64,000 bases of DNA from contig CAYHZA010000001.1 of assembly GCA_964361095.1 (NCBI GenBank), positions 1,456 through 65,455 of the forward strand, written 5' to 3'. Below the pieces are notes generated by a model. That model saw only the letters and a program-made list of their open reading frames with translations, made no database searches and was not told the origin of the DNA. Below, piece by piece: positions 8,552-17,148 of the stretch. Within the stretch, counting starts at the first letter, position 1. The number at the start of each line of letters is the position of its first letter. A program made the translations under genes and the position numbers. The stretch is from an uncultured Candidatus Saccharibacteria bacterium (GTDB lineage Bacteria > Patescibacteriota > Minisyncoccia > UBA6257 > 2-01-FULL-56-20).

Positions 8552-8789
8552 GCTCGCCCCGTTAGATAATTTCATATCTAACGGGGCGAGCCACCCCAGT
8601 AGTACAGCGAAGCTGACTACGGGGCAGGCAAGGGCAACCAAGTGGGGAATCAGGGGTTACAGGTTCTCGTACTTGGCCAGCAATCCTTTCACCCCGTTAG
8701 ATGCAAAGTTATCTAACGGGGTGAATCTGATCCAAAACCACGGTAGGATACCCCAGTAGTAGAACGTGAAGCGTTCACTACGGGGCAGG
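8552..8789. repeat. Two tandem ~136-bp units, each a long hairpin (CCCCGTTAGAT...ATCTAACGGGG) followed by a second hairpin (CCCCAGTAGTA...ACTACGGGGCAGG)
   Basis: Unit A is 8552-8628 and unit B is 8688-8789. The outer stems covary (gctcg/cgagc versus ttcac/gtgaa) while the inner stem is conserved. That pattern suggests a selected RNA or DNA structure. Confidence 0.55.
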
Positions 8790-8888
8790 TTTGTACTCCT
8801 CCGCCCAGTCAAAAGTTCGAAAATCGTTGAGCAGGGCGAGCTTTGGAGTCAATACAAATTACCCGGGAATGTGCGGCGCCCTGTTAAG

Positions 8889-8914
8889 GCGAAGGTTTTA
8901 ATTCGGGAGTAATT
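8889..8914. repeat. 21-nt motif GCGAAGGTTTTAATTCGGGAG(+NAATT), copy 1, upstream of lipoprotein gene
   Basis: Identical 21-mer recurs at 10002-10022. Both copies lie ~100 bp upstream of a start codon. Confidence 0.5.
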
Positions 8915-8917
8915 ACA

Positions 8918-8946
8918 TTGACATTTAGTACGAAGCGTGCTATGAT
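8918..8946 (+). promoter_or_regulatory. Sigma70-type promoter TTGACA-17-TATGAT
   Basis: ttgaca (8918-8923), a 17-nt spacer, then tatgat (8941-8946). An RBS aaaggaga lies upstream of the ATG at 8989. Confidence 0.6.
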
Positions 8947-8988
8947 GTTTTCGGCACTTAACTGATAATCAAAAAGGAGAAACGGGAG

Positions 8989-9411
8989 ATGAAAACGTCG
9001 AAAGGTATCGTATTGTTTTGTGCGGTATTGATCATCCTTATTTCGTCGGCATGCAGAGAAATAAAGATGGTTCTCTCGCCTGAAATGACAGAGGAAGCGA
9101 CTGTCGCTGATCTCGTCTACACGCCGTCAAATCACGGGAGCGACATCAGCCCGACCATGAACATGAACGGAGACCTCGGCGTTGCATTTACGAGTATCGA
9201 CATTTTGGAACGGTATGCAGTAGTCTTCCAGTGCCAGCATGAAAAGTTCATAGTCCAGAGCGACCAGACGAAAGCGAAGGAGCTTTGGACGCGCCTGAAG
9301 AAAGACCAGAAGGTGACCGTCAGATACAGAGAAAGATACGAGGAAACATTCGACGACGAGAAACTCGTCGAACGACGTCTGAAGAAATATGATTTCATCG
9401 ACGCCAACTGA
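8989..9411 (+). CDS. Small secreted or lipoprotein of unknown function
   Basis: N-terminal signal peptide MKTSKGIVLFCAVLIILISSAC (lipobox-like ISSAC). Good RBS. GC-rich relative to neighbours. Confidence 0.5.
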   Translation: MKTSKGIVLFCAVLIILISSACREIKMVLSPEMTEEATVADLVYTPSNHGSDISPTMNMNGDLGVAFTSIDILERYAVVFQCQHEKFIVQSDQTKAKELWTRLKKDQKVTVRYRERYEETFDDEKLVERRLKKYDFIDAN

Positions 9412-9446
9412 AGAGCGGCTGTTTCCTTCCCTTGGGGAACAACACG

Positions 9447-9470
9447 GGACAGGTACGAAAGTGCCTGTCC
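9447..9470 (+). terminator. Stem-loop ggacaggtac-gaaa-gtgcctgtcc followed by attttact
   Basis: 10-bp stem (one G-U pair) with a GAAA tetraloop, 36 nt after the stop of 8989-9411. Confidence 0.5.
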
Positions 9471-9640
9471 ATTTTACTATTAAAAATTATATTTTCTAAT
9501 TCTATTTTTACCTTACCCCAATCTACAGTTCTAAACGCGTCTAACAGATGGAACCAAAAAAACCAGCGGCTTAATGTCGCTAGTTTCTTGTTTTGTTGCG
9601 TGAGGAATCGAACCGAAGGTCGACGAATGACGATAAGGAA

Positions 9641-9699
9641 ATACTGAGCGTAGTAACGCGAATGTGCGAGGAAGTACTGAGCGCAACAGCGCGAATGTG
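9641..9699. repeat. Two tandem ~33-bp repeats (a[a/g]tactgagcg[t/c]a..a.cgcgaatgtg)
   Basis: Lies within the 640-bp non-coding region 9412-10054. Confidence 0.5.
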
Positions 9700-10001
9700 T
9701 ACTACTTAAAAAATCGCAGTCTCGAACGATCCGCCAGCTGGCGGAGAGAGTCGAATTTCTAAAGGTCCCAGAGGGATTGCGACTTGTATTCAAAATCGTT
9801 ACGCTTTTGAACAAGTCGGGAAACTGAGATTTGTAACCCCGCTATGCGCGGACAAATCGGGAGCCTACCCGCGGAGCTCGGAAATCAGATGCCCCTTGTT
9901 GGGGCATTTCAGATTTCGCTTCTTGGATTTGTGTATCAGATTTGGCAAAATAATTTCAAAAACTTGCCCCGTTGGAAGCCGTAGGCTTTCTTTCGGGGTT
10001 T

Positions 10002-10027
10002 GCGAAGGTTTTAATTCGGGAGCAATT
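10002..10027. repeat. 21-nt motif GCGAAGGTTTTAATTCGGGAG(+NAATT), copy 2, upstream of ABC exporter gene
   Basis: 21/21 identical to 8889-8909. Confidence 0.5.
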
Positions 10028-10120
10028 GATTTCTGATTATTTTATAATGGGTTTTTGTGCCACTCCGATCGGGCTCAATCTTTTTATTGCTTAGTTTTCA
10101 TGTTTTACTTACTAAATAGG

Positions 10121-11908
10121 ATGAATACGTCTATTGAGAAACAAGAAATAAAAACTGGTCTCGTAGCTATCTGGAGATTTGTGCGACCATTTAAAAAAGA
10201 GCTTATTATACTTATTATTTCTGGTTTAGTATCGGCAGTTGCCAATGGCTCCGTGCCTTATATAACGGGGCGATTCTTTGATGCCCTCATTAATGTATCA
10301 GAACATCGAATTGTTTCTGATGTCGGTCCTCTTCCTTTGTGGGCTTTCTTACTTTCCTTGTGGGCAATCATCCAACTTATCGCTAATAACATTGATTGGA
10401 TAAGTGATCGCTTAGCGCGTCAAGTAGATGCTAAGGTTCATTTTAATATTCAAACCCAAGGTTTTCTTCATCTCTTTCGTCTTCCACTTTCTTATCATAA
10501 GAGCAAACACATCAATGGAGAGTTGCAAAAAATAAGCGCGGCCGGTTGGAGGGTATCGAGCATTATACGGAACGTAATTGATATCGCACCACAGTTTCTC
10601 AGTATATTAATTGGTATTATCTTGTCTGCCAGTATTAATCTAATGCTGGCAGGCGTTCTTCTTATCGGAGTCCTTCTCTATGTGCTTCTTCTTATGAGAA
10701 TTCTTATGCCGGTCGCCAAAATAGATTTGGCTGCCCACCGTTTCTGGAACGAGAGTTGGGATGATTCAGCAGCAGCGGTGATGCAGATCGAAAGTGTTAA
10801 GCAAGCCACGGCAGAAGAGCATGAATCACAAAAAGTAAAGTCTGCGCTACTCGGTAAAACATACGACCTATGGCATAAGCTTGGAACTATTTGGAGTAAT
10901 ATTAGTTTTTTCCAGCGAATAATCGTCTTCGGGACGCAACTTGTGGTTTTTATTATGTCTGTTCAATTGGTGTCGAATGGAATAATCACTATCGGAGAAC
11001 TTCTGGCTTTGAATGGTTATGCTGCAATGTTCTTCGGACCATTCGTGTCGCTTGGTTTTAGCTGGCAGACAATTCAAAATGGAATCACTTCAGCCGTTCA
11101 CGTCAATGAAATATTCTCTGAGAAAACAGAAAAGTATATTCCCGAAAATGCCGTCGAGTTAAAGACATTAATCGGAAAAGTCATATTTGAAAACGTGACT
11201 TTTAGTTATGAATTGAATCAGCCGATAGTACTCAAGGATGTTAGCTTTGAAGTTCAGCCAGGTCAGGTTGTTGCTCTCGTTGGTGAGTCGGGGGTTGGTA
11301 AAAGCACGGCCATCTCGCTTATCTCTGGGTATAATTTTCCTACACAAGGCAAGGTGTTAATTGATGATATAGATACGAGGAAACTGAATCTAACCAGTCT
11401 AAGAAAACACATTGCCGTTGTTCCTCAGGAAGTGGCTCTTTTTAACGATACTATTAAGGCTAATATACGATATGGATCATTTGAGGCTAACGATGAGGAA
11501 GTTTTTCGTGTAGCTCGAGAAGCCCATATGGATGAATTTATACAAGCCCTTCCGGACAAATATGAATCTCTAGTGGGTGAACGAGGTATCAAGCTGTCAG
11601 TTGGTCAAAAACAACGAGTAGCCATTGCCCGAGCAATGTTGCGGAATCCGGCCATTCTTATTTTAGACGAACCAACAAGCGCTTTGGACGCAAAAACAGA
11701 GAAAATCGTCACGGAGGCTCTTGAAAAACTAATGACGGGAAGAACTACCTTTATCATTGCCCACCGACTCTCAACAGTTCGTAAGGCGAACGTTATTCTT
11801 GTATTTGAAAAAGGGAAAATCGTTGAGAGGGGAACTCATCAAGAACTTATAGAACGCGAGAAGGGTACGTATCTACACCTTTACGAATACCAGATTGGGC
11901 TACATTAA
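10121..11908 (+). CDS. ABC transporter, fused permease/ATP-binding exporter (MsbA-like)
   Basis: Six predicted TM helices. Walker A GESGVGKST, ABC signature LSVGQKQR, Walker B ILILDEPTSALD. The listed ORF begins with TTG at 10055. The internal ATG at 10121 (MNTSIEK...) is the likelier start. Confidence 0.85.
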   Translation: MNTSIEKQEIKTGLVAIWRFVRPFKKELIILIISGLVSAVANGSVPYITGRFFDALINVSEHRIVSDVGPLPLWAFLLSLWAIIQLIANNIDWISDRLARQVDAKVHFNIQTQGFLHLFRLPLSYHKSKHINGELQKISAAGWRVSSIIRNVIDIAPQFLSILIGIILSASINLMLAGVLLIGVLLYVLLLMRILMPVAKIDLAAHRFWNESWDDSAAAVMQIESVKQATAEEHESQKVKSALLGKTYDLWHKLGTIWSNISFFQRIIVFGTQLVVFIMSVQLVSNGIITIGELLALNGYAAMFFGPFVSLGFSWQTIQNGITSAVHVNEIFSEKTEKYIPENAVELKTLIGKVIFENVTFSYELNQPIVLKDVSFEVQPGQVVALVGESGVGKSTAISLISGYNFPTQGKVLIDDIDTRKLNLTSLRKHIAVVPQEVALFNDTIKANIRYGSFEANDEEVFRVAREAHMDEFIQALPDKYESLVGERGIKLSVGQKQRVAIARAMLRNPAILILDEPTSALDAKTEKIVTEALEKLMTGRTTFIIAHRLSTVRKANVILVFEKGKIVERGTHQELIEREKGTYLHLYEYQIGLH

Positions 11909-11988
11909 ATACTTGATGATTTTTAACTCTTCCCATATTCTCACCCACTCCATTGCTATAGACTTATCCAACAGGATGAGCAATCGTA

Positions 11989-12017
11989 TTGACAAATAGT
12001 ACACGCGGAGCTATTTT
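11989..12017 (+). promoter_or_regulatory. Putative promoter TTGACA-17-TATTTT
   Basis: Upstream of the zinc-ribbon ORF. RBS aaagggagg. Confidence 0.4.
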
Positions 12018-12050
12018 GTTTTTAGAACAAACATAAAGGGAGGTAACGCC

Positions 12051-12272
12051 ATGCAGTTTTGTTCGAAGTGCGGCGCGAGTAACTGGGAATATCTCAAAAG
12101 CGGAGGTTGCGGAGGAAACGGTCAGATCAAGGGCTGTAAGAAATGCGGTGCGGTTTTTGTGCAGAAGAGCGGTGGCATCGTCGCGACTCCCGGAGGCGAG
12201 ACATGGAGTCCTCTCGGCTACACCTTGGACGAGTATCGCAAGAGAGTTCCCGAGAAGCCCGCTCGGAAATAA
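12051..12272 (+). CDS. Small zinc-ribbon protein (CxxC...CxxC)
   Basis: CSKCG...CKKCG. Strong RBS. GC-rich. Followed by a conserved-loop hairpin. Confidence 0.45.
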   Translation: MQFCSKCGASNWEYLKSGGCGGNGQIKGCKKCGAVFVQKSGGIVATPGGETWSPLGYTLDEYRKRVPEKPARK

Positions 12273-12292
12273 CGCTCATCGTTTAATATTGA

Positions 12293-12322
12293 GACCGTAT
12301 GGTTCGCCCAGCGGTCTTTTTT
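12293..12322 (+). terminator. Hairpin gaccg-TATGGTTCGCCCAG-cggtc plus T6. The loop is conserved with 46594-46615.
   Basis: Stem sequences differ between the two copies but remain complementary. The 14-nt loop (t/c)ATGGTTCGCCCAG is identical apart from one position. Confidence 0.55.
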
Positions 12323-12439
12323 ATTAACCGCGCCAGCAAATCCAGAAGATGGACACTTTGACCTATCTATCGTATAGTTTTTCAAGTATAATCAGAAAAA
12401 TCATATACCTATCCACAAACTCTGCGGAGGATTATCGAC

Positions 12440-12787
12440 ATGCTTGTGCTTCTGGAAGCTCTGCTCTACAAGTTCGGTTTCAAGAAATTCTCGGTTGAAA
12501 AGCTCTATGCGAACTTCTTGAGCGGAGAATTGTCAGAGGATCAACTGCACCTGTTTTTGAAGATCCATCAGGTAAAAGACTTTACCGCGCTTCACGAGCG
12601 AGTGAAGAAAAATCTGGAAGAGGGAAAACACGATCCATGCCTGCTCACTTTGTTTCCCACGCTCTTGAAAGATCCTCGGCGCATGCATGTCGCTCTCTGC
12701 CAAGTTGATTGTGTAATCGAGCGAGACTTGGAGAAAGGCATCCTGCGGCGGAAAGGAAAGGGCAACGTCGTGAGGAGAACGGACTAA
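12440..12787 (+). CDS. Hypothetical protein
   Basis: 115-aa ORF with RBS gcggagg. No recognisable motifs. Confidence 0.4.
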   Translation: MLVLLEALLYKFGFKKFSVEKLYANFLSGELSEDQLHLFLKIHQVKDFTALHERVKKNLEEGKHDPCLLTLFPTLLKDPRRMHVALCQVDCVIERDLEKGILRRKGKGNVVRRTD

Positions 12788-12879
12788 ATGTCATAACACG
12801 ATCCGGTTGGTCCAAAGCCCGAAATTCTGCAGAGAATATTCGGGCTTTTGTTTTTATCGGGTGCCGGAATAATTTACTT

Positions 12880-13473
12880 TTACGCAATGAAACATTTTCT
12901 ATAAACGGAAAGAATCAATAGCATATTTACAGCAAGAAGATAGACTTGAAAACTCGCATTCTCGATATTCCAAATGGGAATTGAGGGTAAAACCAAAAGG
13001 ACGCTGACTAAACTCGCAACATAGGTCAGGCCAGTTTCTGTTTCCGGATTTGTCCAAGTCTTCTTGATAGTAGGCAGTGCCGCAAATCCGTCACCTGTAG
13101 CAGCAAGCACGATTGCGAGACGAGGAGAATCGGCAAGAATCCAAACAATAAGGGCTATGAGGGAAAGTGCTCCGCATATAAAATCAAAGATGCCAAGTTT
13201 CCAATAACTCTGCTTATTAAAAAAGGAGAAAAGCACCACAAGAAGAGGAATAAATCCGGCAAGAAATATTCGAACAGTTGCCCAGGGATCGGCATGAGCA
13301 TAAATAGCAGCTCCGGTTCCAATCAAGGGAGCAATAGCCCACATTGCCCAGGAAAGACGATTCGGCTTCGTTTTTCCTCTCAGAGTATCTCGAATATAGA
13401 CTGATGCCCCGGCAAGGGAAATAAAAGCACTTGCTATAACAAGCCAATGAACAAAGCTAATTGAAAATAACAT
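12880..13473 (-). CDS. Hypothetical multi-pass membrane protein
   Basis: 197 aa with about 6 hydrophobic helices. Confidence 0.5.
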   Translation of the reverse strand: MLFSISFVHWLVIASAFISLAGASVYIRDTLRGKTKPNRLSWAMWAIAPLIGTGAAIYAHADPWATVRIFLAGFIPLLVVLFSFFNKQSYWKLGIFDFICGALSLIALIVWILADSPRLAIVLAATGDGFAALPTIKKTWTNPETETGLTYVASLVSVLLVLPSIPIWNIENASFQVYLLAVNMLLILSVYRKCFIA

Positions 13474-13619
13474 ATTGCCACAATTATACTCCTAAAAGCT
13501 TTCAAGTTTCATCCTGGACGTTGAGCAAAATTAATTTACCCCGATGCGCGACTTTGGGCAGGCGTACCCCATATCCAAAAGTCGCTATTTAAGCACAATC
13601 GTGCTAAGGTGTATAGACA

Positions 13620-14021
13620 ATGAAGCCGGTTAATAAGGTAAAAATCGACTTAGATAAAAAGTTCCAAAAGGTGATAGAAACACCGGCGGGTTTTGATTTC
13701 TTTGTGGCAATTCATGATTTCGTTGAACACATTGAGTCGAACGCATCGCTTTCCGCCAGTCTTTCGTCCCGCGTGAAATTGAACCAAGAATTGAATATTC
13801 CCAATAAATACGCTTATTTGAAACAGATCTATCAAGGGCTCGAAGATGCCGAAACGAAATCAAATGCCGATTTGGGTCATGCGAGATACGCGGTGCTCAT
13901 AGAACTGAATCGGATCCGTGGCAAAGAGGTTTCGGAAAGCAATTCGTTTTGGAAAAAACGGGAACTGTTCAGGAGATTGACGAGCGAAATCTACCAGAGA
14001 TTGAATCCCACTACGGTATAA
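13620..14021 (+). CDS. Hypothetical protein
   Basis: 133-aa ORF followed by hairpins and a terminator. Confidence 0.45.
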   Translation: MKPVNKVKIDLDKKFQKVIETPAGFDFFVAIHDFVEHIESNASLSASLSSRVKLNQELNIPNKYAYLKQIYQGLEDAETKSNADLGHARYAVLIELNRIRGKEVSESNSFWKKRELFRRLTSEIYQRLNPTTV

Positions 14022-14023
14022 AT

Positions 14024-14090
14024 CCCGTTAGAAATCCGCCCTGTCTTGCTACGGGCGGCAGTTGCCTTTGGGAGGCTTGTTTCTAACGGG
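14024..14090. repeat. Long hairpin CCCGTTAGAAA...TTTCTAACGGG (member of the CCCGTTA-type palindromic repeats)
   Basis: 11-bp terminal stem around a structured 45-nt interior. The stem motif is related to the hairpins at 8556 and 8692. Confidence 0.45.
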
Positions 14091-14097
14091 ATAAATA

Positions 14098-14130
14098 AAA
14101 AATACCCCCGATTATCGGGGGTATTTTTTA
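14098..14130. terminator. Bidirectional rho-independent terminator aaaaaataccccc g-attat-cgggggtatttttt
   Basis: GC stem flanked by an A-tract and a T-tract. Lies between the convergent genes 13620-14021 (+) and csp (-). Confidence 0.7.
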
Positions 14131-14142
14131 AGTGTCAGCGAT

Positions 14143-14340
14143 TTATTCGCGTGACACGTTCGTGGCGCTCGGGCCCTTCTCTCCATCAACGACTTCAAAA
14201 GTGACGATATCGCCAACTTTAAGTTCGTCGAATGTTACACCTTGTAACTCCTTGGAGTGAAAGAAAAGGTCCTTCGTTTCGCCTTCACGGGTAATGAATC
14301 CAAATCCTCTATCCGTGAGTGTTTTTATGGTTCCTTTCAT
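14143..14340 (-). CDS. cspA: Cold-shock protein (CspA family)
   Basis: MKGTIKTLTDRGFGFITREG...DLFFHSKEL...GDIVTFEV. RNP1-like motif present. Confidence 0.9.
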   Translation of the reverse strand: MKGTIKTLTDRGFGFITREGETKDLFFHSKELQGVTFDELKVGDIVTFEVVDGEKGPSATNVSRE

Positions 14341-14503
14341 GCAATTTTGTTTTTTACCTAGAAATTCGACTACGTCTCTTGGTTTGGTTACCCTTTAATC
14401 ATACCAAAGATATACAATTTGTCAATCTTCGAGAAGTTTGGGCTAGTAAAAAACGACGCCCGGCTAAGTTTGACCGGGCGTCACGTTGGTGTTTCAGGCG
14501 AGC

Positions 14504-15601
14504 TCATAGGGTTATCCCCACGAGCTCGTCTGTCAGTTCATCCACAGAGAGAATGCGGTCAATACGCGCCGCATTTGTTCCTACCGTAAAGATAGGAAGA
14601 TCGGGAGTGTTATTGCAATCCACGGCACTGAGGAGCGCGTTGCAGATGCAGAATGCCTCATAACCTTCGAGAGCAAGACAAGTCATGCGGCCATCTTTCC
14701 CTTTGTGGAGCAGATATTGCTTATCGCAGACAAGTGGTCGTCCGTGCGAAAGCGCTTGTCGGTATCCCGGTGATGAATTGATCACGCGGAACGGCATGCC
14801 CGAAGGCGAGCCCGGATTCACCGCAACCTCGATGTCCTCCGCGCGCGCGGCAACGATGGCGCGTTTAAATTCTTCCGATGCGCCACTTTCGTGCGTTGCG
14901 GCAAAACGGGTTCCGATCTGTACACCATCGGCTCCGGTTTTGATCCAGTGCACGATGTCTTCGTGCGTATAGATACCACCCGCCACGATGACCGGGAAGT
15001 TGCCGTTTTTCTGTGCGGATTCTTTTACGGGTCCGAAGATCTCCTCCAGTTGAAATTCCGGCTTGGGAATATCTTCCGCCTTGAAGCCAAGGTGTCCGCC
15101 CGCAAGCGGTCCTTCGAGAACCACTGCGTCCGGCATTCGTCCGTAACGATTCCAGCGTCGACAGATAAGCTCCAATGCGCGTCCGGAAGAAACAATGGGA
15201 ATAAGCGCCACCTGCGCGTTTCCCACGGTTTCCGGAAGAGTCATCGGCAGACCTGCGCCGGCAAGAATGATATCTACTCCGCCTTCAAGTGCGCCCTCGA
15301 TAGAAGGAACATACGTTTTTTCAACGAGGACCATGCAATTGATCGCAATCGCGCCCTTATTTTCCGAAAGTCGCCTTGCTTCTTCGATTTCGAGCTTGGC
15401 GGCTTCCCGATGGCCCACCTTGAGACCAATTCTTCGCTCAACCATTTTGTCTAAGGCAACGAAGGATACTGTTCCGACGCCGCCTCTACGTGCAACTGCT
15501 CCGGCAAGACGCGCGAGCGATACGCCCGCGCCCATGCCTCCCTGGATAAAGATTACTTTGCGATCCAGGCCGCGGACGGCAATAGTCGGCAACGGCACCA
15601 T
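14504..15601 (-). CDS. Nitronate monooxygenase / NPD-family FMN oxidoreductase (FabK-like)
   Basis: IQGGMGAGVS motif and GADGVQIGTRF. The likely start is the internal ATG (MVPLPTIAV...), preceded by gagagggggg. Confidence 0.75.
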   Translation of the reverse strand: MVPLPTIAVRGLDRKVIFIQGGMGAGVSLARLAGAVARRGGVGTVSFVALDKMVERRIGLKVGHREAAKLEIEEARRLSENKGAIAINCMVLVEKTYVPSIEGALEGGVDIILAGAGLPMTLPETVGNAQVALIPIVSSGRALELICRRWNRYGRMPDAVVLEGPLAGGHLGFKAEDIPKPEFQLEEIFGPVKESAQKNGNFPVIVAGGIYTHEDIVHWIKTGADGVQIGTRFAATHESGASEEFKRAIVAARAEDIEVAVNPGSPSGMPFRVINSSPGYRQALSHGRPLVCDKQYLLHKGKDGRMTCLALEGYEAFCICNALLSAVDCNNTPDLPIFTVGTNAARIDRILSVDELTDELVGITL

Positions 15602-15764
15602 GGGTCTTAACCCCCCTCTCTTTTGAAGATGTAAATTAGGTTGCTGGTTTAAGCCTAACACTAGTCAAAAATATTGCGCAACGTGTATCTTCTATAGGGG
15701 TCTGTTTGGTGGCGTATGTTACTTTATTTCAAGGTTCGAAAATCCTGTGGTAGAATAGGTTTGT

Positions 15765-16112
15765 ATGAAACTTGAAGAACGGACGAATATCTCAGATTTT
15801 TTGTGGTTTTCGGGAAAATTCGTGCGTTTTCTCGCCTACGCTTCTCTGGTTTTTTTGTTTTCCGAAGGGCTTTTTCGTCACTGGAAGATCGCCGCGCACT
15901 CTTCTTTGCCCGAGCAGTTCGTTGTTGCCATTGCTTATGCGCTTTTTGATATTGCTGTAATTTCCGTGCTCTTGCTTAGTTTTTTCTTGGCAATCCAGAC
16001 GTATGTGACGTACAGGCGCTGGGTAGTCGTGGGTATTTTACTTCTCATCGTCGCCTTCGCCGCTCCGGAGGCGATGCGGAGCGCATTTGACTACTTCCGA
16101 GCGATTATTTGA
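15765..16112 (+). CDS. Hypothetical small membrane protein
   Basis: 115 aa with 3 hydrophobic segments. Confidence 0.35.
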   Translation: MKLEERTNISDFLWFSGKFVRFLAYASLVFLFSEGLFRHWKIAAHSSLPEQFVVAIAYALFDIAVISVLLLSFFLAIQTYVTYRRWVVVGILLLIVAFAAPEAMRSAFDYFRAII

Positions 16113-16148
16113 GGTAACGCAGTAATCGTATTTAGATAAAAAATTCTT

Positions 16149-17144
16149 ATGCTTATCGATAATGTTGTTATTAAAGTAGTAGCCGGAAAAGGCGGCGATG
16201 GAGCCGTTGCGTTCAGCCACGTAAAGATGACGCTTGGACCCACGGGTGCGCACGGGGGCAGGGGTGGTGATGTGTATTTTGAAGCAGTATCGGATCTTGG
16301 GGCACTCCGCCGTTTTCGCGCGAGAAAAGTATTTGTCGCGGAGAATGGCCAGCATGGTCGTTCCTCTTTTCGTGACGGACATGAAGGCAAGGATCTAATC
16401 CTTACGGTTCCGCGCGGGACGGTGGTTCATAATACGACCGCGGGTACGGAACACGAACTCACGAAACTTGGCGAACGACTTCTCGTGGCGCGCGGCGGCA
16501 GGGGCGGCAAGGGAAATTTCCATTATAAATCTTCGCGCAATACGTCCCCCAAGCAGTTCCAGCACGGATTGCCGGGAGAAGAATGGGGATTGCAGTTGGA
16601 ATTGAAATTAATCGCGGATATAGGTCTTGTGGGATTTCCGAATATCGGGAAATCAAGTTTTTTAAACACCGTAACAAATGCGGAGAGCCGCGTGGCGAAT
16701 TATCCCTTCACGACGCTTGAACCAAACCTTGGTGTCTATCAGGCATTGGTGCTTGCCGATATACCCGGGCTTATCGAAGGCGCTTCTTCCGGAAAAGGGT
16801 TGGGAATAAAATTTTTGCGTCATATTGAACGAACACGAATCCTTTTTCATTTCATTGATGCCGCGACAAAAGATCCACTCGCGGATTATAAAACGCTTCG
16901 CAACGAACTTAAGCTCTATAATCCGCTCCTTCTCAAAAAACCCGAATATATCATACTCTCGAGATCCGACATGATATCTGCCGATCAGATTAAAAAAACC
17001 ATAAAAATTCTTTCGTCGCAAAAGAAGGAAATCTTCGTGCTTTCTCTCTATGATGACACGCTTATAGCGACAGTAACCAAGCTTCTTTCGCGTATCATGA
17101 AAGACATCGAAGTGGTTCCCGATTCCATCGAGCACTCCAAGTAG
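16149..17144 (+). CDS. obg: GTPase Obg/CgtA
   Basis: Obg fold N-terminus with glycine-rich GGxGG repeats. G1 motif GFPNIGKSS. YPFTTLEPNLG. Confidence 0.9.
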   Translation: MLIDNVVIKVVAGKGGDGAVAFSHVKMTLGPTGAHGGRGGDVYFEAVSDLGALRRFRARKVFVAENGQHGRSSFRDGHEGKDLILTVPRGTVVHNTTAGTEHELTKLGERLLVARGGRGGKGNFHYKSSRNTSPKQFQHGLPGEEWGLQLELKLIADIGLVGFPNIGKSSFLNTVTNAESRVANYPFTTLEPNLGVYQALVLADIPGLIEGASSGKGLGIKFLRHIERTRILFHFIDAATKDPLADYKTLRNELKLYNPLLLKKPEYIILSRSDMISADQIKKTIKILSSQKKEIFVLSLYDDTLIATVTKLLSRIMKDIEVVPDSIEHSK

Positions 17145-17148
17145 TTCT

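Noticed and set aside
8552-8789. CRISPR array
   Set aside because: Only two repeat units. The repeats are long and internally palindromic with different spacing logic. There are no cas genes in the window.
9590-9680. tRNA gene on the minus strand suggested by GGTTCGATTCC
   Set aside because: No D-arm, anticodon arm or complementary 5' acceptor strand can be built. At most it is a tRNA remnant.
9395-9814. 139-aa minus-strand ORF in the long non-coding region
   Set aside because: Ser/Arg-rich low-complexity translation, no RBS, and it spans the hairpin and repeat features.
9595-9960. Possible tmRNA (ssrA). GGAATCGAACC at 9608-9618 is the reverse complement of a T-arm. GGGGCATTTCAGATTTCG at 9892-9909 is loosely like a tmRNA 5' end.
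   Set aside because: The two pieces are on opposite strands. The T-stem does not pair. No acceptor-stem partner or ...CCACCA end is found. The 9892 motif is the right arm of an imperfect palindrome that acts as a terminator.
14685-15626. ORFs 14685-14972, 14891-15454 and 15195-15626 on the plus strand
   Set aside because: They lie entirely antisense within the well-supported NMO gene and have low-complexity, Arg/Ser/Pro-rich translations. They are spurious.
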